DNA of 64,000 nt. It comes from Pyrinomonadaceae bacterium (GTDB lineage: Bacteria; Acidobacteriota; Blastocatellia; Pyrinomonadales; Pyrinomonadaceae). The notes under the pieces were generated by a model, which saw nothing but the letters and a program-made list of their open reading frames with translations, was not told where the DNA came from and did not search any database. Shown here piece after piece: positions 19,013 through 27,120 of this stretch. The number at the start of each line of letters is the position of its first letter. Within the stretch, counting starts at the first letter, position 1. The stretch covers positions 64,001 through 128,000 of the forward strand of contig JBKBYA010000007.1 in assembly GCA_046313635.1 (NCBI GenBank), in the 5' to 3' direction. Made by a program: the position numbers and the translations under genes.

Positions 19013-21586
19013 TCAAGGTGCCTTGCATTTTGCGATGAAGGCTACGATGTTGTCGAGGGCTTTCTGGGCCTTGTCGGTGTCGGGCGGGACGCGGTTTTCG
19101 GCGGGCACGCCGTCGTGGACCCAGTTTGAGGCTTCCGTCATTCCGGCATCGATCTCGGCGATCAGTTCGTCGGTGATCTCGAGGTATTTAAGTTTCTTGG
19201 TCTGGATCTCCGGCGAATAACGTTCGATCACGCCCTTGAGCAGGCGTTCTTCCACTGCGCGTTCCCAAGTCTGTCGAAGCTTCATGAACCATCGTTCGAC
19301 GGCGTATTGATATTCGTTGGGGTCCCCCTCTTTTTCGATCTTCCGCAATCGGACCAGTTGATCCTTGAGTACACCGACGCGGGCGTTTACCGACTTCGCC
19401 GTCCAGGGAAGATCGGGCATTACCTTTCCGGTCGCCGAACTCGTTCGCCAGATGTAATTCTCAGAAACCTGAACCGATTCACGCTTGGTGATGTGCAGCA
19501 AATGCACCAGCATCGCGATGTCGTGTGTGAAGACGATCACCTGCTTCGACTTGGCAAGCTCTGCAAGTCGCTCGGCTATAAGCTCGCGTCGTTCGTGGTC
19601 CTGAGACGAGCACGGGTCGTCGAAGATGAGGCCGCGGCATTGGGGGTTGAGTTGGGCCTCGGTGATGAAGTCGGCGATGGAGATGGCCCGCTGTTCGCCC
19701 TCGCTGAGAACCTTGCCGGCGGTCTCGTTGGCGATCTTCAGTTTGCGAAGGGTGGCACCGCGCTGGTTGCGCTGCGCCAGTTTGATGAAATGCGGGGCGT
19801 CCAACCGCTTGCACTCCGAGGCGAACATGTCGACGTATTCCTGCGTGATGTGTTCGTCGTAAAGCTGCCCCTGGATCGTGGTGATCTTGGCAGTGCTCAG
19901 CTTGCCATGCAAACCCCGAGCCCTGGCCGTCCATTTCGCAGTCTCGACGAAGGCTTCCACTTTGTCGCGTATGTTGGCCAGGATCCTGCGATCGTTATGG
20001 AGATCGATCTCCGCTTCGAGCCTTGCGGTCTCTTCCGATGGGTTCGAGACGATCAGGGCCGCTTTTTCATCGTCGAGGTTCTTACCGCAATCGTCGAATT
20101 CCGCGACCTCGGCATCGAGCGATGCGGGAAGCTTCGCCGCAGCGATCCCGTCGATCGCCGCGAGGGCCACGGCGCGTGTTTCGGCGTACGTCTTTACAAG
20201 ACCCATCCAACGTTCCGTCAGTTCCGGATCGAATTTGTTGACCGTTTTGAATACGTCGTATTCAATGTCAAACGTTAGCGGGGGCAATTCATCGATCTTC
20301 TTGCGAATCTTCGCGAGTGCATCCTTCGCTTTGGCCAGCTCAGTTTCGGCTGTGCTCTTCAGCAGATTCCAGTAAGCATCGATCAGTATGGTCTCTTTGT
20401 CGCCGAGCGGCTGCAGACAGAAAAGGCAATTGTCCTGATCGATCGGGTATGTTTCACCGCGGCGGCCCGCAGCGATCGTCTTGGCATATACCCGGCCCGC
20501 CTTGATGAATGCCCGCCACGAATCGGAACCGACCTCGGCGATCTGGTACCGATCAAGGCTCTCGACCCCTTCCGCTTTCGCGATCTCCTCGAACGTACTC
20601 ACGGCCTCGATCGCCGCTCGCGCCTCTTCAAGCTTTTCCGCCCGCAGTGGTTCAAAGGCTGCCGTCACCGCATCGCAGAATTTGTCTAGTTGGTTGCGAG
20701 CCGCAATGATCGCTCTCACCTGCTCGGCCCTGTCTTTGGTTCTAAGTTCCGCAAGTCGCGTGGTCTTTTCAAGCAGTTCCGCCTCGTCCTTTTCGGTCAT
20801 CGTCGCGAGCTTTTCGACCTCTTTTAAGTCGGTCTCGGCGCCGAGAGTCTCGATAAGGGAGCGGACAGGATTATCATTCTGAAACAGGTCGAGAAAACCG
20901 TGCGGGGCCGACTTATTGTGAATCTCGGCTTCGAGCCGGGCTTTGACCGCGCCGTGCGCGGCCATCAGCTTTTCGAAAAAATCGAACCCGCTAGGCGTGA
21001 ACGAAAGGCTGTTCTCCTTCTCGAGGTGTGCCGAAACGCTTTTCGTATCGAAGACGCAGTACTGCGAAAACTCCGACCGGTCCTTATCCGTCGGGAAGAC
21101 GAGGTCGTACGGATCTTCGGTCCGCTGGTAAGTGATATGGCACTCGGGCGGGCCGCCGTTTCCGTTGGAGCCGAATACGTCAGGCAAGATCACTTTGTCG
21201 CCTCGCGAAGGAAACGCATTGTTGAGCAGCCGCACGTATCCCGACTTGCCCGAACCGTTTTTGCCGTAAACGACGGTCAGGTTCGGGCCGACCTTTATGG
21301 TCTGTTCGAGGGCGAGGGCGTTGACGTTCGCGATGTTCTTGATCGCTACAAGCTTCAGAGTAACGTCGGGGTCCTCTTCGGCCGCGGCCGCGCCGTTGAA
21401 CGCGATGGCGGGGCGGTCGGCGACGGGGGCGAGCCCCTCGTCTTGTTTGAAGTACTCGTACGCTTGGGCGACCAGGGCGTCGTCCACCGCGGCACCTTCA
21501 AGAATGCCGTCCCCAAGATACTGAAGCCAATACGGCTGGGCTTGCAACCATTCGATGATCTGATTTTTCAGTTTCTGGTTGGACAT
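19013..21586 (-). CDS. RloC-like (AAA_13-type) SMC/Rad50 ABC ATPase with zinc hook and putative C-terminal HEPN-like domain
   Basis: Walker A GKNGSGKS, coiled coil with CLFC, LSEGE signature, FDDPCSSQD, FTHD; C-terminal LRQTWE...SNWVHD. Confidence 0.7.
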   Translation of the reverse strand: MSNQKLKNQIIEWLQAQPYWLQYLGDGILEGAAVDDALVAQAYEYFKQDEGLAPVADRPAIAFNGAAAAEEDPDVTLKLVAIKNIANVNALALEQTIKVGPNLTVVYGKNGSGKSGYVRLLNNAFPSRGDKVILPDVFGSNGNGGPPECHITYQRTEDPYDLVFPTDKDRSEFSQYCVFDTKSVSAHLEKENSLSFTPSGFDFFEKLMAAHGAVKARLEAEIHNKSAPHGFLDLFQNDNPVRSLIETLGAETDLKEVEKLATMTEKDEAELLEKTTRLAELRTKDRAEQVRAIIAARNQLDKFCDAVTAAFEPLRAEKLEEARAAIEAVSTFEEIAKAEGVESLDRYQIAEVGSDSWRAFIKAGRVYAKTIAAGRRGETYPIDQDNCLFCLQPLGDKETILIDAYWNLLKSTAETELAKAKDALAKIRKKIDELPPLTFDIEYDVFKTVNKFDPELTERWMGLVKTYAETRAVALAAIDGIAAAKLPASLDAEVAEFDDCGKNLDDEKAALIVSNPSEETARLEAEIDLHNDRRILANIRDKVEAFVETAKWTARARGLHGKLSTAKITTIQGQLYDEHITQEYVDMFASECKRLDAPHFIKLAQRNQRGATLRKLKIANETAGKVLSEGEQRAISIADFITEAQLNPQCRGLIFDDPCSSQDHERRELIAERLAELAKSKQVIVFTHDIAMLVHLLHITKRESVQVSENYIWRTSSATGKVMPDLPWTAKSVNARVGVLKDQLVRLRKIEKEGDPNEYQYAVERWFMKLRQTWERAVEERLLKGVIERYSPEIQTKKLKYLEITDELIAEIDAGMTEASNWVHDGVPAENRVPPDTDKAQKALDNIVAFIAKCKAP

Positions 21587-22133
21587 ATTTCGACTCGCGA
21601 CCCAATTGCAAACGCACCGTGTGCCGGTGCAACACCTGTCACCTGCGAAACCCACATTCAATGGTCGGGGGTGATGACAAGCCGTCCGCGGGGGGGAGAC
21701 CGGGATTGAGGACTGGTGATTCGGGCACACGTATTATACACGAACCGGCGACTGTGGGTATACGTTTGCAGTGGACTTCTTCAGCCGGGGAACGAGGGAC
21801 TAGCTCGGCGTTGGCGTCTTTTTGGTTCTAGTTTTCGTTGGAATGATCAGCTACTAGTTATGAAATAGACGCCGTGGCCGTCGATCGCCAATTCAACTTC
21901 AACCTGCTGCGCGACGGGACGACACATTGTGCGTGGGCCTTAGCGGTCTCCCCAGGACGGCGCTCAGCGGATCGCGCGATAGAATCGCCGGGGGAAGGGT
22001 GAAGGGCGTGCGGTGGACATCATCACGGGTCTCTCCAGATCCGACAGCACATCGACTTCTTTCCCTCATCATCAAAGCGATCAACTACCGCTCCTTCGAT
22101 CGCAATTACTGGATGTAGAAACGTGCGAGCATC

Positions 22134-23726
22134 TCAACCGTTGGCGCGGATCGTGTCCCAATCAAGTCCGTAGCGTTTGAGGAAAAGGTTCAACAGTGAA
22201 TTGTAGTTCGTCGCCGAATTGTTCGACCGTGAGGCCCCGTAAAGCGTCCGCCCCGCCTCCGCCCTAGTGCGCGAATTCAAACATGTCTCGATCACCGTCT
22301 CAATCTGCACCAACGCGATCCGGTCCAGCTCCGCCATTCTTTCCGCTCCGAGCACCTTTCGCGTCAGCGGGAACCGTTCGCATTCCGCGGCGGAATCGCT
22401 CCACTTTTTCCTAAGGTGTTCGATCTCCCTGTCCACACACGCGATCGTTATCCTCCCTCCGTCCGCGTAAGCGGCCATCCGCACGACCGAGGCCTTCAGG
22501 TCGCGAAAGTTGTTGTTCCACGTCGCCGCGGGCGAGGTCGCGAACTCGAGGTACTTCCTTCGGGCCTCCTTGCTCATCGTCACGTTGATATTGTTTACAC
22601 CCTGGAAATCTTCAAGCTCGCGATCAAGATTCGGTTCGATGTCCTCCGGGCGATCCTTCAGGTCCAAAAGATGAAAGGGAAAGGAATCGATCCTCGCCAG
22701 CAGATCCTCACGAAACTCCCCCGCCGCCACCTTCCCCCTCAGGTCCGAATTGGTCCCCGCGATCAAGTAGAAATCCACCTTCTGCGATTTTGTGTCACCG
22801 AGCTTTCTAACCTCCTTGTCTTCCAGAACCGTAAGCAGCATCTTCTGCACCTCCGGGTCCAGTTCTCCGATCTCGTCAAGGAAAAGCGTCCCGCCGTCGG
22901 CCGATTCAATTAACCCAATGCGATCGACCTTAGCATCCGTGAACGATCCTTTCGCGTGCCCGAACAACTCGGACTTAACGATGTCGCCACGCAATGTCGC
23001 ACAGTTTACGTGTATGAATCGTCCCTTCGCCCGGTTCTTTTGCACCCGAAGTTCATGTATGCGCTTCGCTAAACTCGTCTTACCGACACCCGTGCTGCCG
23101 GTTAGCAGGATCGGATAATTGAAGTTTGACGAGACGTGCAGGATATCGTCGACCATCTTTTCCACTTTTGAATTAGCCGTCGAAATGTGACCTTTCAGCA
23201 GGGCGATGTCATCGTCCTTTTCTTTACGGAATCGCTGCGCCAGTCGGTTATAGCGTTCTAGCTCGAGATCGATCACGAAATAGCTCCCCTTGCCGTTCAC
23301 GAAGGACGACTGGATCAGCTTCGCCGGCGCATAACGGGCCTCCGCCAGCATGAACAGACAGATCTGCATAACGTGCGTACCCGTACTGATGTTCAGGAAG
23401 TACGACTCCCGTTCCGGATCGAATTCGTAAGACGTCATGAGGTCGAAGAAAGCCGCATAGACCGTTTCGAAATCCCAGGGCTTCTTCTGCAGATCGATCT
23501 CATGCAGCCGCACCTTCGTCTCCGATCGGGCCTCTATGTCCTCCGCCACCTGCACGGCTAGCGCCTTGTGAGTCTTCTGATAGATAAGCTCATACCGCGC
23601 GACCGGGAAACCCTCATGCATGCACAACCCCACCGTCGGCCGCCACTCCTCCCAACGATCCGCTTCAACCTCTGCCGCATCCTTATCCGGCCCCAGGCAC
23701 CCCAGCACTACGATCTCTTTTTCCAT
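22134..23726 (-). CDS. rtcR: RtcR-family sigma54 activator (CARF-AAA+-HTH)
   Basis: RWEEWRPTVGLC, PWDFETVY, STGTHVMQIC, LAEARY, LIQSS; GSTGVGKT; ELFGHAKGSFTDA; NFRDL; AGRTLYGASR; 530 aa. Confidence 0.92.
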   Translation of the reverse strand: MEKEIVVLGCLGPDKDAAEVEADRWEEWRPTVGLCMHEGFPVARYELIYQKTHKALAVQVAEDIEARSETKVRLHEIDLQKKPWDFETVYAAFFDLMTSYEFDPERESYFLNISTGTHVMQICLFMLAEARYAPAKLIQSSFVNGKGSYFVIDLELERYNRLAQRFRKEKDDDIALLKGHISTANSKVEKMVDDILHVSSNFNYPILLTGSTGVGKTSLAKRIHELRVQKNRAKGRFIHVNCATLRGDIVKSELFGHAKGSFTDAKVDRIGLIESADGGTLFLDEIGELDPEVQKMLLTVLEDKEVRKLGDTKSQKVDFYLIAGTNSDLRGKVAAGEFREDLLARIDSFPFHLLDLKDRPEDIEPNLDRELEDFQGVNNINVTMSKEARRKYLEFATSPAATWNNNFRDLKASVVRMAAYADGGRITIACVDREIEHLRKKWSDSAAECERFPLTRKVLGAERMAELDRIALVQIETVIETCLNSRTRAEAGRTLYGASRSNNSATNYNSLLNLFLKRYGLDWDTIRANG

Positions 23727-23844
23727 TGTGTGACTATCGAGAAATATAATTGTTATAGCATTAAATAGAAACCAAACCTTCGCCATTCGATGGACGATCC
23801 CAATAAATCCCGCAAATACAGTAGTTAACCTAACAAACGTCCTT

Positions 23845-23860
23845 TGGCACGTCCCTCGCA
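23845..23860 (+). promoter_or_regulatory. Sigma54 -24/-12 promoter of the Ubl operon
   Basis: TGGCAC-GTCCC-TCGCA (GG-N10-GC) in the divergent spacer, 85 nt before ATG 23946. Confidence 0.75.
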
Positions 23861-23945
23861 CTAACTAATGTTGACAGTCGGGACGAAGTTCCTTCAAACC
23901 GGCCGTCGGCGACAAATATTTGAACAAGGAGTAAGGAAAACCTTT

Positions 23946-24665
23946 ATGCATAAAGACGAAAATGGGGAACTCAATTCCGAAGAAGTGATCGACGTGGAGG
24001 CCTCGGCGAAGGCGGGGAAACCGGTCCCGCCGGGGAGCAAATATCGCATCCGCGTCGACAAGGACAATTTCACGGTGGACCGGTCGACGATGACCGGGGC
24101 GGAGATACTCGGGCTCGTCAAAAAGACCCCCGCGACGCACAACCTGTACCAGCACGTGCACGGCGGGCAGACGAAACTGATCGGGGCGGGGGAGTCGGTG
24201 GATTTCACGGAACCCGGCGTGGAGCGGTTCACGACGATGAAGATCGCGAACCAGGAAGGGGAGGAGCGCGCCGCACGGCGCTCCTTCGCGCTTCAGCCCG
24301 CTGACGTTGAGTTCCTCGACCGCACGTTCCGGTTGTGGGAAGCGGTCGTAGATGGAAAGAAGCAGTGGGTGATCGCTGAAGGGTTCAAATTGCCGGCCGG
24401 GTACAACGTGGCGGAGGCGAGCATCGCGTTGCGGATCGCCCCGACCTACCCGGACGTGCAGATCGACATGGCGTACTTTTCACCGGCCCTTACCCGGGCG
24501 GACGGGCGGCCGATGAACAATCTCACGCAATTGAAGATCGACGGGAAAGAGTGGCAGCAGTGGTCTCGGCACAGGGCGGCCGGCGACTGGCGCCCGGATG
24601 TCGACAACATCGAGACCCACCTGCTTTACGTGACCGCATTCCTCGAGGGGGAACTGAAAAAATGA
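23946..24665 (+). CDS. Multiubiquitin-type Ubl fused to prokaryotic E2 (family E-like)
   Basis: Ubl TGAEILGL...VDFTEPGVERF...NQEG; E2 LPAGYN, YPDVQIDMAYF, WQQWSRH. Confidence 0.85.
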   Translation: MHKDENGELNSEEVIDVEASAKAGKPVPPGSKYRIRVDKDNFTVDRSTMTGAEILGLVKKTPATHNLYQHVHGGQTKLIGAGESVDFTEPGVERFTTMKIANQEGEERAARRSFALQPADVEFLDRTFRLWEAVVDGKKQWVIAEGFKLPAGYNVAEASIALRIAPTYPDVQIDMAYFSPALTRADGRPMNNLTQLKIDGKEWQQWSRHRAAGDWRPDVDNIETHLLYVTAFLEGELKK

Positions 24666-26056
24666 ACAAGTACTCTCTCAGGATCTCCGGCCGCCATCAC
24701 GATCAGCTCCGGCGGCATCTGTTCCCCGGCGACGGGCTGGAGGCGGTCGCGTTCGCTCTGTGCGGTCGGAACCGCACGGATGAAGAACACATCTTCACCG
24801 TTCACAAGGTCGTCCCCGTGGCGTATGCGGATTGCGATCGCACACCGATCTCCGTAACGTGGCCGACCGAGGCCCTCGCCGCCATCCTCGACGACGCCCG
24901 CCGACAAGGCCTCGCGGTGATGAAGTTCCACTCTCACCCCGAGTTCTTCGAGCGGTTCTCCAAGCTCGACGACGAGTCCGACGCGGAAACGTTCGCGTCG
25001 GTGTCCGCCTGGCTGGATGACGGTGAACCACACGGAAGTGCGGTCATGCTGCCGGACGGCCGGGTCTTCGGGCGGGCAATGACGGAGGGAGGCGAACAGG
25101 CTTTCTCGAGCGTGACGGTAGCGGGAGACAAGCTATCGTTTTGGTATCAGCCGGGTGACTGCGATCCAGATTTCGATGGAAAGCTGGCCGCACAGCTGCA
25201 GCTCTTCGGATCCGGCACGACGGCCCGGTTGCGGCGGCTTCGGATCGGCGTGGTCGGGTGCTCCGGCACGGGCAGCTTCGTGGTGGAGCTGCTCGGTCGG
25301 CTGGCGGTCGGCGAGCTGGTGCTGATCGACGACGATCGCGTCGAGGACCGCAACCTAAACCGCATCGTCAACGCGGGCGAAAGGCACGTTGGCGAATACA
25401 AAGTGGACGTGCTCAAGCGGGCCGTCGAGGCGATGGGGCTCGGAACTAAAGTGGACGCGATTCCTCGCAATCTATACGATCCGGTCTGCGTGAAAAAGAT
25501 AGCTCACTGCGATGTCGTGTTCGGCTGCATGGACACCGCCGAGGGCCGACACCTGTTGAACCGAATCGCGGCGTTTTACGTTCAGCCGTATTTCGACCTC
25601 GGCGTGCACCTGTTGGCGGACGGCGAGGGCGGGATCGACGAGGCGAGCGGGGTGGTGCACTACCTTCAGCCGGGCGGCTCGAGCCTGTTTGGGCGCCGTG
25701 CCTACACGCTGGAGGAGGTTCGGGCGGAGGGGCTCCGACGCACGGACCCGGAAGCATTCCAGGCGGAGCGGAAGGCCGGCTACATCGAGGGGGCGGACGA
25801 GAAATCGCCGCCGGTGGCGAGCCTGAACTGCACGATCGCCGGGATCGCGGTGAACGAGTTCCTCTCCCGCCTGCACCCATTCCGGTCGTGCGACCCGCGG
25901 GATTGCGACGTCGTCCGGTTCAACTTCATGGAGACGTTGACAACGAAGGAGAGTGCACCGGAGGAGTGTCCGCTGCTGGCGCCCCACGTGGGGCGCGGCG
26001 ACGTTGAGCCATTGCTCGGATGGTCGTCGCTGAGCATGCGGGAGGTGGAGCCGTGA
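24662..26056 (+). CDS. JAB peptidase - ThiF/E1 adenylyltransferase fusion
   Basis: E...HSHP-x6-S-x2-D JAB motif; GCSGTGS, DDDRVEDRNLNR, GCMD; ATGA overlap with upstream gene. Confidence 0.9.
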   Translation: MNKYSLRISGRHHDQLRRHLFPGDGLEAVAFALCGRNRTDEEHIFTVHKVVPVAYADCDRTPISVTWPTEALAAILDDARRQGLAVMKFHSHPEFFERFSKLDDESDAETFASVSAWLDDGEPHGSAVMLPDGRVFGRAMTEGGEQAFSSVTVAGDKLSFWYQPGDCDPDFDGKLAAQLQLFGSGTTARLRRLRIGVVGCSGTGSFVVELLGRLAVGELVLIDDDRVEDRNLNRIVNAGERHVGEYKVDVLKRAVEAMGLGTKVDAIPRNLYDPVCVKKIAHCDVVFGCMDTAEGRHLLNRIAAFYVQPYFDLGVHLLADGEGGIDEASGVVHYLQPGGSSLFGRRAYTLEEVRAEGLRRTDPEAFQAERKAGYIEGADEKSPPVASLNCTIAGIAVNEFLSRLHPFRSCDPRDCDVVRFNFMETLTTKESAPEECPLLAPHVGRGDVEPLLGWSSLSMREVEP

Positions 26057-26406
26057 TGCTGCTGAATTTGATCCGGCGATTATTTGGCAGGTTGTGGACC
26101 CGCAAGCCCTACCCTCTGCGGACCGTGCTCGCTGACAAGATCCCTGACGACATCGATCCGGGATCGATCTATCTGCTCGGCACCACCGGCCGGCCATGGG
26201 CCGCCGCCTTCGCGTGCCCATGTGGGTGCCGCGAGCTTATCGAACTGAACCTGCTGCCGGAGGGGAACCCGAGCTGGCGGGCCGCGGTGCATAAAGACGG
26301 CACCGCCTCCCTGCACCCCTCCGTCTGGCGGACCATCGGCTGCCAGAGCCATTTCTGGATACTACGCGGCAGGATCGTTCGGGTCGGGGACTTGACTGAT
26401 GATTGA
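26056..26406 (+). CDS. DUF6527-like Cys/His protein
   Basis: CPCGC...SLHPSVW...GCQSHFWI; overlaps E1 stop codon. Confidence 0.8.
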   Translation: MLLNLIRRLFGRLWTRKPYPLRTVLADKIPDDIDPGSIYLLGTTGRPWAAAFACPCGCRELIELNLLPEGNPSWRAAVHKDGTASLHPSVWRTIGCQSHFWILRGRIVRVGDLTDD

Positions 26407-27120
26407 TCGGCACCCTTGGGTACGCCGAGAAACGGGTTCTCCGCACGAGGGAACGGTTCACCGCAAAGTGAAACGGTTTCGCGGTCCGGTTCAACCACTC
26501 ACGGAACCGTGAAATGCTTGCGTGGATCGGCGAAACGGTTTTGCGGATCGAAGGCGGGTCATTTGTTTAGCAGCCGATCGTGATCGCGCGTTCGAGGTCT
26601 TTGACAAGGTCGTCCACACGTCGTCCTCGATGCCAACGGACCGGCGGAATAGACCGGGCGTGGGAGCGAGCCGGCCGCGAAGCTCTACGGGTAACAGGGA
26701 AGGATCGCGTTTTCGAAGAGCAAATTCAGTGCACCGCTGATGTCCGCGGAGTCCTCCACGATGAGAATCATCTTCGGCGTAGAGGGGCTAAATCGCCGGT
26801 CAATTGTTGCAGAATTCTTGAGCGATGTAATGTGGCCCAATTGGCCAGTAAAAGTTATCGGCATCGCGCCCCGTCAATGACATTGCTCCAACCTGCTAGT
26901 CAGGAATAATGTATTCCGATCAAACGATGCACTCCGCCCATAGGAGTTATTGCGAATCGTCAGTGTCGGACGCGGGTGCCGCGGAACAGGGGTTTAGCGT
27001 GGTAAAATCGGCGACTGAACCGCTGAATATATCCAAAAACAATAGCACAAACAGGCAAAAGTTACGAGGATAGGAATCTCGAGGGTCGGCAGATAGGAGC
27101 CCGAATTTGGCACCTACGGT

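Noticed and set aside
23861..23945. Y RNA or tRNA-like ncRNA after the RtcR-linked promoter
   Set aside because: Leader is short, with no cloverleaf or T-loop and no Ro gene nearby
26428..26548. Degenerate GAAACGGTT(T/C)..GCGG repeats after DUF6527
   Set aside because: Short, irregular and imperfect; no function supportable
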